A stretch of 64,000 nucleotides of DNA, taken from the NCBI GenBank assembly GCA_047967505.1, contig CM106538.1. One strand, given 5' to 3'. This DNA is from Dipteris shenzhenensis (Eukaryota). Below the pieces are notes generated by a model. It was not told where the DNA came from, did no database searches, and saw only the letters and a program-made list of their open reading frames with translations. The translations under genes were made by a program, and so were the position numbers. Below, piece after piece: positions 26,643 to 39,749 of the stretch (position 1 is its first letter; every line of letters begins with the position of its first letter).

Positions 26643-28997
26643 ATGGCGCAGCGTGTTACTCCCCAAATCCATGAAGCTCGTCCACCACAGCACCACGAAA
26701 TGATCATGGATGGCCAAACTAAGCACGATCAGATCATGGCAACAGCTCTCCCTGCCCCTGGCCATGGCTCCTGGCGCCATGCTGCCTTCCATGTCGCCAC
26801 CACCATCGCCACTCCTGCAGCCTATGCGCCTCTGCCCTTCGCTCTCGCTTCCCTCGGCTGGCCTGTAGGTCGTATCCTATCCTGGCCAAGAGATTGCACG
26901 CTTTGCAAACGCGTTACCCTAGCTCCGTCAATATCTATCGCGTGGTTTCGTTGCTTTTCGATGATTTATATGTCCCTATAAGTACTAGGCATTCTCATCG
27001 ATTGAGGTTGCTTCAGAGTGGCAGGAGTGGCGACGTTAGTACTGGGCACAATCGTGACATGGTACAGCAGCATCTTGGTCGCTTCTCTGTGGGAGTGGAA
27101 CGGTGTTGCACATGTTCGCTACCGTGATCTTGCGCGAAGCATTTTCGGTAAGCTTATCGATTCTTCCAAATCAGTACAACAGTGTGATGAAAGACGATGT
27201 TCTCGAGTATAAGCGACATATGTTAGAGTATGTGCAATACAAGAAGCACCTTTGCCACCAAATCTTCACCGAATGTTTCTTGCAACTTAGTTTTGAGAAA
27301 AATGTCTCGGTCACTATTTAATCATCTGGTTCTCGATCATGTTCGGATGCAGGCAAGCCCGGTTACTGGGGGGTATCGTTCTTCCAGCAGCTGGCTTCCT
27401 TCGGCAACAATATCGCCATTCAGATTGCAGCCGGCAGTAGCATGAAGGTGCGACGCCGTTTTTGGCATAAGAAAGAAAGCGCGACGGCCAGTTCGATTCT
27501 AGCTTCAAAGTTCAAACGACCGGTTTTCCAGAGAATAATTTTTTATTTTTTGCGTCTTACAGGCTATCTACAAAATCTACCGCAATGACAACGCTATGAC
27601 GCTGCAAGAGTTCATCGTGATTTTCGGCATCTTCGAACTGGGCCTCTCGCAATTTCCCAGCATCCATTCCTTGCGATGGGTGAATGGGTTATGCACGCTG
27701 AGCACCCTTGGGTTCACTGCAACAGCAATTGGTGTATCTGTGTACAACGGTGCGCAATTTTCTTGATCCGGTTCTCTTCTATTTGCGCAAGCGATCTCGG
27801 CAGAAACCGAAACTCGTATCGTTTAATCGAAGCAAGAACCCTATCAGAGTTTCGACGATGTGCAGGAAGGCAAATGGACCGCTCGACTGTCGATTATAAG
27901 CTTCATGGCACTACGTCCACCAAGCTTTTTGGCATACTAAACGCTCTGGGCACGATTGCATTCTCTTTCGGCGATGCGATGCTACCGGAGATACAGGTCC
28001 ACGATGCTCATTTTTGTTCGTTGTGGATTGATTGCTCTCATTCAAAAAGCCGCCACTGTAAAATTACCTTTGTCTGTGTGATCCCAAGCTCGAAAGCTCA
28101 AGCCCAGTTTGCATGCGCGTGCAGTGTACTTTGAAGGAACCAGTAAAAAAGAACATGTACAAAGGTGTTTCTGCAGCGTATACTGTGATCGTGGCTAGTT
28201 ATTGGACTCTGGCCTGCGTTGGCTACTGGGCATTCGGTTCGGCGGTGTCCCCATATCTTCTCAACTCCTTCACAGGCCCAAATTGGGCCATTGTCCTTGC
28301 CAATCTGTTTGCGATCATCCAAATCGCCGGATGCTATCAGGTAAACGACTCCGTTCCCGGATCTTGCAAGGCATATGAGTTGGACTACAAAAATGGATGG
28401 GTTTTCTAGCGATTGAAGATCTTAAGAACAATTACACTTAGCAATGCCCTTTTTGAATCTGAAAGTTTGCAGTCGTTAAGTTATAATCAGAAAGCGGGTT
28501 ATGCTTGAATTAAGATAAAAGAGAGAAACCGCACTCTATTGCTCTTGTCAGCAATCCTTTGCGCGAAGAAAAAGAACTAGAGTAAAACAATGCTGTAAGG
28601 ATCACAAATATTGATCATGAAATCTTTGAGTTTGCATGTGCAGATCTACTGCAGGCCAACCTATGGATACTTCGAGGGGAAGATGATGGCGAAGAATTGG
28701 ATGAGCAGGCTAGCGGTGACGGGGCTGTACATGGCGATAATCACTCTGACAGCAGCAGCTATGCCGTTCTTTGGGGATTTTGTGGCACTCTGCGGGGCGT
28801 TTGGATTCACGCCTCTCGATTTTGTGATCCCCGCCCTTGCCTTCCTCAGCATTCGCCGCCCCAAAAGCTTCCTCGTCTGGACCCTCAACCTCGCCATTGC
28901 CATCCTCTACTCGTGCGTTGCCCTCCTTGGCTCAGTAGGTGCCATCCGCTTCATCGTTATCGACACGTCCACTTATCGATTCTTCCGCAACATGTAA
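26643..28997 (+). CDS. GABA transporter-like amino acid permease (AAAP/Aa_trans family), 7 exons, 443 aa
   Basis: Exons 26643-26868, 27025-27147, 27353-27447, 27563-27749, 27866-27996, 28125-28340, 28644-28997; all GT-AG introns; 1332 nt in frame; motifs SWRHAAFHVATTIATPAAYAPLPFALASLGW, RYRDLA, FGDAMLPEIQ, MPFFGDFVALCGAFGFTPLDF. Confidence 0.93.
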
Positions 28998-29262
28998 CAT
29001 TGCAATCAGCTAAGCATCGGTGATTAAACTTCCTCTTCCACTGATCAATCCTTCCATCCGCAACACGTAACGATATTGCAATCAACTAAGCATCGATGGT
29101 TAAACTTTCTCTTCCACTTATCAAGTCGTCCGCAGCATGTCACATTCCTATTAGTAACTTCCGCTCCGCAACGTGTAATTAAGCATCAATGTCGATTCTT
29201 CCGCAGCATTGAATATTCATCAACACCAAAACTTATCGGTTCTTCCGTAGAACGTAACATTC
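28972..29262 (+). repeat. Decayed tandem copies of the stop-codon region in the 3' UTR
   Basis: TCCGCAACATGTAACATT variants at ~28984, 29057, 29129, 29166, 29200, 29244; the first two copies share ~70 bp. Confidence 0.8.
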
Positions 29263-30224
29263 CTCCTCTGAAATATTCAATACAAGCATCAATCCTGCCT
29301 TAGAAAACGATTATCAAGTGGCTTATTTGCTACTTTAGATAGATACGCTTTTTGTAAACGAATAGCATGACCCGTCTACGACCATTAGAGACCCGCTCGG
29401 GCGGGTCTCAAGGTTGGGATCTTAGGGTTATTTTAATTTCAATGAATGAAATTTTAGGCTTAATTTACAAATCTCGTAATGAATGATTTTAAAGGAAATT
29501 TCTAATTGGATATGTCACATCACTTTTATTTGGAAAAACGTTTTGATAGCGTTGCATACGTCTCTCTCTCTCTCTCTCCATGTGAAAGTTTGCAAATCTC
29601 AACAAATTTTTGAATCAAATCCAATGAAGCCCCAATAGTGCCTTTGTTTGGGAAAAATAGATTTTATACCAATACTCTCTCTCTCTTTCTCTATGTGCGT
29701 GTGTGTGTGGGGAAACCACCTACTATATGCATATGTATTCATGTAGTGTATGTATGCTCATGTACTTGTGTACGCATATATGTGTGTGTTTGCCTATGTG
29801 TGCACATAGGTCATGCTGTGTCTACACGCTGACATGTGCATTGGTTCTTTGGACATGTTTGAGTGTGTAAAAATAAATAAGCAAGGGTGAAAGCATGCTA
29901 CGGTGTCTAAAAAAGTACTCTTTTTGGCAAAGGTTCTAGCATAGATATAGTACTAAATTGTGTACTAAAAGGCGCTGACAGTTGGATTAGATTTCCAGAT
30001 ATCGAGGAGTCCACGATCTGCAAATATGCAATCTACTCTCAATTGAGATGATTTCCCTACACATCGAGGAATCCGCGATCTGTAATCTACTCTCAATTGA
30101 CTCTCTTCTCTCTCGTGGAATTACTCGCACATTTGAAAACATTGACAGTCGACTCTCTTCTCTCTCGTGGAGTCATGTCTCTGTCCTTGCAATTATCTCC
30201 GCTCATCTTCACTAGAGGTCCATT

Positions 30225-30263
<39 letters not shown>

Positions 30264-30379
30264 GGCTCTCTCCATTCTCTATGCAAACTAGCTCTCCCCT
30301 TCTCTCTCATTGAAGCCCTCGCACTTTGGACCGTATGTTCTCTATGGCACAAAAACCAGTTATGTTTGAGTGATTCTAC

Positions 30380-30416
<37 letters not shown>

Positions 30417-30528
30417 ACAGACGATGACTTTCTCGTATAGTAAGATTGAGCATGCATGTTTTGACGTATTGTCTTCTTGTGTCATTCATTAATTTATGAT
30501 TTACCATTGAAATACGGTTGTGCGCAAG

Positions 30529-33500
30529 ATGGAGAACTCCACACTAGAAGCGCCACACCATGAAGGGAACTCCCTCAATGCACTACCATAGCATTGCTCC
30601 AAAAGAAACATGAGACACTTGTTGACATTAACAGTTGTGCGACATTATTCAAGCATACCACAAAGAACTTGGACTTGAGAACGAAAGCTCACATTTTGTC
30701 TAAGGTTATAAAACATCCATATATGAAAGAGGTTGTCGATGAGACAAATTTTCAAAGCCATTCCATATCAATGGCAATAGTGGATAATCTAAAGACATCA
30801 TTGAGTCTTGTGAAAAGAGTAGAAAGTGCTGATAAGTTAGCTCTGTGAAGAGAGGAGCTCTCCACATGATTGCTAACACTTCAGCATTTAAAAAATATAG
30901 TGATAGCAAAGTAGCTAAAGCCAATGGAATTCAAGCACAAAATCTGAAGAAACATCATGTGGACATAAAACAAGCTTCCTTCAAATGGGCAGAAGGAGGT
31001 TGAAAGCGTAGACAGGATTCCTTAAGTTGTGAGGTTGTTCAATGTGTTGTCCAGTTCTGGAAAGACAACACCAGGGTTTCCCCAAACAAGAAGGATGTTT
31101 GCAGGCATAGGCTTGGCCCAAAAAAGTATGCAATACATCCCACCCATTTCTTGGAGCTCACAGAGGTGCATCCTCCTTCTTTCAATGAAGCCCAAGTTAC
31201 ACACTATTATTTGTTACTCTTTACAACTATTTAGTACTGTCCACGATAGTATTAGTATTGTTCAGATGTTAAAGGTAATGTTTAACACTGTAACAGACTC
31301 TATATGAAGCAAATTTAGACTAAATCATAGAATCACAGTAGTAAATACTACACCGGAGACTTAATATGTTTATAGTATAGACCATATTTTAGGAATCAGT
31401 CCTAGGAATAAAGATAGGACAAAATAGTATTGTACTTTTCTCTTTCAAGTCAATTATTATGACTAAATAGAATACTCGTTATGACTAAATAGGACTATTT
31501 AGTGTTAATTAGTAGTGTGTGATGTTTGAAATTGTTTGTATTAGAGAAGGACTTCAAGCATAATCATTCTTTCCTTGCACTAACCCTGCTACTAGTTCTA
31601 TTTAGTACTATCTAGTACTATCCCTTGCACTAACCCTGCTACTAGTACTATCTAGTACTGTTTAGATATTGTTCTCTTCCTTGCCTTAACTCTGCTATTA
31701 CTACTATTAATTCTATTTAGTACTATTTTGCTGTATTTTAGTACTATTTAGTACTATGTAGCACTTAGTAACATTTAGCACTGAGTAAGTACTATTAAGG
31801 ACTCAATAATTCTTAGCGCTTAGTAATATTAGCACTTAGTAAGTACTCTTCAATACTATCTAGCACTTAGTAATATTGGCACTTACTATTCAATACTAAT
31901 AGTACTATATAGCACCTAGTAATATCACACTTACCATCTAGCACTTGCTATTTAGTACTAATAGTACTATAGATCAAGCATTTACTATTTAGTAATATTA
32001 GCACATGCTATCCAACACTTACTAATATTAACACTTTCTATTTCGTACTATCTAGCACTTACTCTGTTTAGTACTATCCAACACTGGTAATATTAGCACT
32101 TACTAATATTAGCACTTAGTACTATATAGCACTTAGTAATATTAGCACTTACTAATAGTACTATCTAGCACTTACTAATATTACTAATATTAGCACTTAC
32201 TAATAGTACTAAACTTGCAGTTAGTAATATTTGCACTTAGTACTGTGTAGCATTTATAAGTAAAATATTTAGCACTTAGTGCTATGTAAACATATTTAGT
32301 ACTATCTAGCATTTACTATTTAGTACTATCTAGAATTTACAACAATACTTAGCACCTAGTACTATTTAGCATTTAGTACTATCTAGCACTTACTGATTAG
32401 AACTTAGAAAAATAATGATGGCACTCTAAGTTTTAAATAACTTATAGTTTTTTTGTTTGTTGTCTAGGTTTAAATAATATTGATTGTTGATAATTAATTT
32501 TGCAGGCAGAATTCTTTCTTAATTTCAAGGAGGAGCATCCTTCCATAGATATTTGTTTCCATTCTTTTCAGAATCTGAAGCCCTATTTCATTATAAAACT
32601 AAAGGAAAGGAATACTTGTTGTTTTATTTACCATACAAGAATAGACTTGTTCCGACTAGCAATGAATTCCACGAGGCGTAATAGCACATTGTTGCATGCA
32701 TATATGTGTGATTTCTTATGCAAGCTTTGTAGGCCCCAAGGGGAGGACATGTGTATTGCCCACACCAGCAGTTGTTCTTCTGTGTCTAAAATGTGGCATT
32801 TGGCAGTATGTCCAAAGGAAGAGGATGCTGAATGGCACAAGCTTGAATGCTTATTGCGCAAATGTGACAAGTGCTTACAACCGTTGTTTTACCCATGTGA
32901 GTTGGATGATGCAAATGGTGCATTGATAAGATGGAATACGTATGAATATGTCACCGAGGATATGAGGTTAGGTGATGCAAAGAAAAGAATAAATTTCTTA
33001 TACAAGGAAACTCCTCCATCCATCATCATCCCTCAATACTTGCAACACTTAAATGTGTTTATCACTCACAACTTCTGTAGTTACTGGCAACACTCTCAAT
33101 TCAAAGAGTGCACCACAAATTTTCCTGATGATGTGGTGCTTTCAGTTGTTGACTTTGCAGAGAACTATACATTCAAAGTGTAGAATGAGGTTCAATCAAT
33201 GCATTGGCATAATGACCAAGTGACCATCTTGGGTTCATATTTGCTATTGGAAGGAAACGAGCGAGATAAAAAAGCAATCCATCTTTTACATTTCAAATGA
33301 CAAAGAACATGACACACTATTTGTGCAGCATTGTTTTATGCTCCACCATCAATGGTTGGTGTCTAAAGGCTTGAAGTTTAAAAGACATTGGGTTTGGTCA
33401 AATGGGACAGCATCTCAATTCAAGGCCGCTCGCCCATTTTACTTTGTTGCAAGGTAAGACATTGGACACTGCCCCCTTATTTTCTACATCACGCTGAAGA

Positions 33501-34410
33501 TGTTGCATATTTTAAAATGCAATATATCTGTTGTTTGTTATGCTAGGTATTGCTCTTTGACTGGCATTCGGATGATGTGGAACTTTTTCGGAAGGGCAAG
33601 GGAGAACATGATGGGGCTGGTGTAGTCATAAAGCATGCACTAACCAGTCAGCAATTGGATGCAAATGGTGGAAAGGTACAAAATGCACACGATGTTGTGG
33701 AATGGTTGGCATGGAAGATGGGAGATGATTCTAAACAAAGGCTCTTTGTAGAAGTAAAGGTTGGTGATGTTGATAAGTTTAAAGCATGGAGCTGCTAGAC
33801 CATCAAAGGAAGTCGTTCAACACATTGCATATTGGGTTTTAGCACAAGCCTTGTTTAGACATTTGTCATGCTTTTGTTCATTCTGCATGGATGAAACATG
33901 GGATAAGTGCACCAATTTATCTCATGCAAGTCCATGGACCTTGAACAACTGGAGCCATGGACCTTGAACAACTGGAGCCCATCAATGGATAGACTATGGA
34001 GAAGGAATCTGTAACATATGCGATGGATAGAGACTAGCTGGCTAACATGCTTCAAATGGGTGACCATTTTGTAGTACTACATTCCCCTACAAATGAAGAT
34101 AATGAGGATTATTATGTGGTGCTGTGCTCAAAATAAAAAACACTCCTCATAGAGCAAGAGACGGATGGCTGGGGTAATGTCTTCAACATTGGGAATCAAG
34201 TGGTTTCTAGAATCTTTTATGCAAAAATCCCAAAATGCAAAAGCAGTTATGGATTACTAAAAGATGCACCTCCTGCTTTTTGTGCATTCTGATGCAGTTT
34301 TGGCAATAAAGTTCCAAATATTGTAAGCAAAGCACAAGGTTAAAGGCCAGAGAACAGTGTATCGTGTACCCTAGGAGGTGCACGAATGAATCTTCGCAAA
34401 CATTTCTCTA
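30529..34410 (+). pseudogene. Spliced DDE transposase pseudogene, Sola2-like motifs
   Basis: Introns 31166-32505 and 33454-33546 (GT-AG) join THFLELTE|AEFFLNFKEEHP..LKPYF..RNTCC and FYFVAR|YCSL; motifs VVDFAENYTF (D at 33151), EVQSMHWH..QVT, KEHDTLFV, WSNG..SQFK, GKGEHDGAG, LSCFCSFC; stops and frameshifts. Confidence 0.8.
31550..32420. repeat. AT-rich TAGTACTA/TAGCACTTA low-complexity array in transposase intron 1
   Basis: Direct reading. Confidence 0.9.
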
Positions 34411-34799
34411 TAAGAATTGTTGCTGACATGTATTTTTGCAATGGCTCTTACATATTTTTGTGCGTGCGCATTTTGTATTTTTAGCTACCCCTTTGGGGGC
34501 TACTTTCTGTAATACAAAGGCATCTTTTCTTCACAAAAAAAATTTAAAAGTTAAGTGTGTTTTTTTTCAGTACATTGATTAAATGGGAGTGTTTCCATGG
34601 CAAGTGAATATGGGACAAATGGGACAAATGTTTAAAATCAAGTGTTTAAATGGGACAAATGAAAATGCTATCTACTGTGGTAAAGAAAAGGAATCCAAAA
34701 TTTGTGTAAGTGTAGTGATAGTGGAGCTAGCGAACAAATCTTTTCACAACATGACTTATTTGTTTCTCTTGGGGATGCTCCGCAGTGAGGAACTTTAAC

Positions 34800-35044
34800 A
34801 GTTTTTAGTACTATTAGTTTTAATTGTGTACTATTATATCATTATTGTTTAGGTACTACTATCATATCATACTGTTAGGCCTATTTTTTAGTGATTGTAT
34901 ACTATTGTAGTAATTTTTATAGTTCATATTAAGTTTGTTCTATTGTCATATCATACTACTCATTACTATTTGGTTAGTACTATTTAGTACTATGTACTAC
35001 TATCTTAAGTAACTCATCTGCTATTAATTGAGAGAGAAAGAGAT

Positions 35045-35076
<32 letters not shown>

Positions 35077-35210
35077 ACCATTGTACTACTGTCATATCAT
35101 ACTACTTAGTACTATTTGATTAGTACTATGTAGTACTATCTTAAGTAGCACATCTGCTATCAATTGAGAGAGAGAGAGAGAGAGAACCATTGTACTACTG
35201 TCATATCATA
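34800..35210. repeat. TAGTAC-rich duplicated units with (AG)n between the two convergent genes
   Basis: TGTCATATCATACTAC...CATCTGCTAT.AATTG(AG)n.AACCATTGTACTAC repeated. Confidence 0.75.
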
Positions 35211-36249
35211 TTTTTGTAATGTTGTTCCTCTTTTTAATATATTGCACTTATAATTTAGAATGAGCCATACAAAATTAGAAGGTGCCATATAAAATCATAA
35301 TGAGACATATAGAATCAGTCATATGACATTACAGAGCCCAAATGGCTTGGATACAACAGCTTTGCATTGCACTCCACACACCCCAATATACAACCCAGTC
35401 AAGCTTGGATACATACAGCAGCTCTGCGGTGCTGCACTCCACACACCCCAATATACTATGTTCTAGGAAGGAAAGACCCTAGAACGTAGGAGTTTTTGGG
35501 GCCTTCTTCCTCAGCATCCTCATTAGCAGCCGATCGGAGGGACTGTCATCTCGGACATCTGAAGTTACTATTTCTTTTGGGCCATACCTTGCATCTGTAA
35601 GGTCTCTAAAATGTTATCGGCCCTTTTTGCAATTCCATCCTGTAGCTCTAGAGTAGAAGAGTATACAGCTCTATTACACATTAATGGATCTGTAATGCTA
35701 GTAAAAAGTAGCCAATTGTATGAGCACCATAACAGACATGACACATGATTCCTTAGCTTAGACCTGACTAATAGTTAGTATTATTTTATCCAGAACCAAA
35801 ATTGGTATTGTATGGTTGAGCAAAAAATACAATAAAAGATAACATATAAAAATGAACCATATATTTTATTGCATCAACATTGGCTATTTATGCATTGATT
35901 AAAACAATGGCTCACCTAGTACTTTTAACAGCAAACACCAATACCATTTAACAACACCAATACCATGTAAGAATACCAGTACATTTATTAGCTCACTATT
36001 AAATTTATCAGCAAAGTAACCAGCAAAGTTTGTATTACAAAGTAACCAGTACAAGTTTGTATTGAGAAAGTAACTGTATTCATCAATGTACAAGTCCTTT
36101 ACAATCTAGCCTTCAAGGCCTAGTGTATGGTGGGCATTGGTTTACATAAGGATTATGCCTAAGAATCTATTGGCACATCTCAGGTCTACTATTCTTTGTT
36201 GGATGAGGCTTTGGATCTTTAGATAACAACACAGTGAAATGACAGCATT

Positions 36250-36945
36250 GTTAGCATAATCTGTAGAGAAGACTTCAACAAATAATTTGGCTAGATGCTC
36301 ACCACGGGTAGTTGCAATGCGCTCAATCACATGGCCTTCATAAGGGTATCTCATTGTAAAGGAAAGAACACTTTTTGTGGCATTTGCTAAATCCAATAAG
36401 TATGGGAGCAACTGATTTGATAGCTCATCATCACATTTAGGATCTCTGTCATAGGCGAAAGGAGTTATGTAGGAATCAGGTGGATTTAATGCTGCTTTCA
36501 AAGGAGTGTCGTCAACTAGGAGTGTGTTCATGGGATCATAGTCAATGTCATGCAGAGCTAATGCACTAAATGGCTTAACCAGACACATCTCATTCAGCCG
36601 TGTTGGGTGGCGGAATTCTTCCTTGTACAACAATCCTCCTGTGCAAAGTTGAACACGAACTTGAATCCCTAAACCCATCATATCCCAATTTGCTTTCTAT
36701 CAAAGACACTATGGGACTAACATTTCTCCTTGTCATACTACTCCATGTAGTGATCTCAAAATGCTCCCACAAAGATTTCATGAAATTGATCAATTGTGGC
36801 TGCAAAGAGATGACATGGTTGCCTAATTTGTGAACATTGCCACCTTGGGCCATTTCAGGAGAAATCCGCCGCGACCTCTTTAACAATATTCCATTCAAAT
36901 CAAAGATTAACAACTTTTTTTGAGGCAGAACATCTCTAGAGTCAC
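36250..36945 (-). pseudogene. FCP1/NIF-like (CTD-phosphatase-type) HAD domain exon
   Basis: KKLLIFDLNGILL, FEITTWSSMTRRNV, VKPFSAL, NTLLVDDTPLKAALNPP, DDELSNQLLPYLLDL; one frameshift near 36650-36680. Confidence 0.85.
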
Positions 36946-38375
36946 CTAGAAGCAACAATAACACATATATAAATCCATCATACTTGAGTTGATGAATTGC
37001 AAAAAGAATTTCATATCAACTTACTAGAAGATAAATTGCAAAAAGAATTTCATTAAAAAAACAAGGAAGATAAATTGCAAAAATAATTTCATTCAAAAAA
37101 CAAGAAGATAAATTGCAAAAAGATTTTCATTTAAAGCTTGCAAGAGCAACTCTCATACAACATCATTTCATAGACAATCTCATCCTAACAATGGGGTTGG
37201 GCATTTGCTAGGATCAATCAAATACGACTTAGGAACTATTTGACTAAATTTCCTCTTCTTTGTCCCCGTAGGGAGAAGGCTACCTAGTACTGCATCATCC
37301 TCCATTTGCTCTCCATCAAAGCTATCAGGCAGTAGGCTTTAGTCCTAATATAATCTCAGCTACATCAGTGACCCTCTCACCGCTATTTGTGTCGAGCTTT
37401 TCACCACTATCCGTGTGTTCACCCTTGCCGTTCTTTCTAGTCAACTCCCCACCGCCACCTATGTCTTCGTCCTTGCTGTGGTTTCTTGACAAGTCCTGCA
37501 TGTCCAATCTTGCTATGGCTTCCTCTATAATGTTGTCCGGTTGCTGTAGATTTTCTTCATCCAAGTTCAGCAGATCATCTTCATCCAAGTGCTAATCATC
37601 TTTGATGTCTCCAGTTAGATTGTCTATAAAGAAATAAAGTCAGATCAAAAATGCATTTGAGGTGCTGTACACAGAAAACTGTAAATGTGCATCTTCACAA
37701 AAAAATACATACCCTCCTTTTTCTCTATATTCTTGCTTCTGTACAATGGCCGCACAGCAGATTTCTTCTTGTGTTGTATGTGGCGCTTCATCTTAGTAAG
37801 AACTTCCTTAACTGGCAAACTTTCATCTACTGAACAATATATAATACATGAATAGATGCAATATATAAAACAGGAATAAATGAAATATATAAAACAAGAA
37901 CTTATAAAAATAAATACCCTTTTTAGTCACATAGGAAAAAAAACAATTGTACCTCTCTCCTCTGCAACTTTCAGGTCCCCCTGTGCCACTGCCTACTACT
38001 TTTTTACTTTGTCTAACATTTCATCCTCGTCATATTCCTGATCCCCAACATCCTCCAAGGAGTTGTCATCCTCCAACCGACTTCCATCGAATAGTTGTTC
38101 ATTGTCTTCTTTTCCACACGAGGCATGCCCCTCTACCTATTGTTCTTTCTTGGTGTCTATGAACACATTTGAAATGTTAGGAGTTTCGCATTTCTCATTT
38201 TCAACAGCTTCAACTTGCTTTGTACAAGTCTTCAACTTTTTTGGACATGGTATTTTGGTGTCTTTACCTGTTTGTGTAAGGAAAATTGAACAATTATTTG
38301 AAACTGATTTCAAAAGACAAATAGATTATTTAAAGATAGACAATAATCAAAAAAATAGTACTATTTAAACTTGAA

Positions 38376-38471
38376 GGAAATATGGCCCTTGAGAGGTCCC
38401 CTTTAGGGGCAAGCGACATATTCCAACACAGCCCTTGCCCCTAAAGGGGACCCCTCAAGGGCTTTATTTCC
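38376..38471. repeat. 38-bp inverted repeat with 20-nt spacer (hairpin or MITE-like)
   Basis: GGAAATATGGCCCTTGAGAGGTCCCCTTTAGGGGCAAG (38376-38413) vs CTTGCCCCTAAAGGGGACCCCTCAAGGGCTTTATTTCC (38434-38471); 3 mismatches. Confidence 0.9.
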
Positions 38472-38499
38472 ATTGGTTGTGTTGGAGTCCAGATGTGAT

Positions 38500-39740
38500 T
38501 GGTACTAAATAGTACTAAGTGCTTAGTGCTACTAATAGTGTTAAATACTACTAATACTACTAAGTATTGCTACATAGTACTAAATACTACTAATACTAAA
38601 TAGTACTAAGTGCTAACTGCTACATAGTACTAAATACTACTAATATTGCTAAGTACTAAACAGTACTAATGCTAATCCTAATACTACTAGATAATACTAA
38701 GTGCTAACTAAGGTACTAAATACTAAATAGTACTAAGTGCTAACTAGTGCTAAATACTATTAAATACTATTGATACTAAATAGTACTAAATACTGCTGAA
38801 TACTATTGATACTAAACAGTATTAAGTGTTAACTAGTGCTAGATACTACTAAATACTACTGATACTACTAAATAGTACTAAATGCTACATATTAAATAGT
38901 ACTAACTGCTAACTTAGAGTGCTAAATAGTAGATTTAAATGCTAAATAGTACTGAATGTTGAATAGTACTAAATACTAAATTATAGTTCTAAAAACTAAA
39001 TAGTACTAAACTCTAGATAGTGCTAAATGGTACTAAATGCTTAGTAATATTTAGCTTGGCTATCCTTTTTATAGTACCAAATGATATATAGTACTACATG
39101 CTAGGTGGTGCTAATATTACTAAATGTTGAATAGTCCTAAATGCTAAATAGTACTAAATGCTAAATAGTGCTGAATAGTACTACATGCCAAATACTACTA
39201 AATGCCAAATAGTGTTAAATGTTAAATAGTGTTGAAACACACAGTACTAGCAATGCTAGATAGTGCTAAATAGTACTAAATGCTAACTAGTACTAAATGC
39301 TTAGTAGTATTAATTATCCTTTTAGTACTAAATACACAGTACTAGTAGTGCTAGATAGTAATAAAACACAACTGTACTAGCAGTGCTAAATAGTGCCAAA
39401 TAGTACTAAATGCTTATGCTTTTAGTACTAAATGCTAGGTAGTGCTGATATTACTAAATGCTTAACAGTCCTAGATGGTAAATAGTACTTGATGCTAAAT
39501 AGTGCTGTATAGTAGTAAATGACAAATACTACTAAATGCCAAATAGTGTTAAATGCTAAATAGTGCTGAAACACATAGTACTAGTAGTGCTAGATAGTGC
39601 TAAATAGTACTACTGAATGCTAAATAGTGCTAAATAGAACTAAAGTCTAGATAGTGCAAAATGTTAAACATTGCTAAATACCAAATAGTTCTAAATCCTA
39701 AATATTGCTAAATCACATAAACAGTACTATTTAGTACTAA
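38500..39740. repeat. AT-rich AGTACTAAAT/GTGCTAAAT array in intron of the minus-strand gene
   Basis: Reverse complement of the motif type in the transposase intron. Confidence 0.9.
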
Positions 39741-39749
39741 ATAACTAAC

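Noticed and set aside
27153-27167. 15-bp match CTTATCGATTCTTCC between intron 2 and the last exon (28972)
   Set aside because: Single short match with no supporting structure
29388-29430. Helitron 3' end
   Set aside because: Hairpin present but no CTRR at the expected distance on either strand
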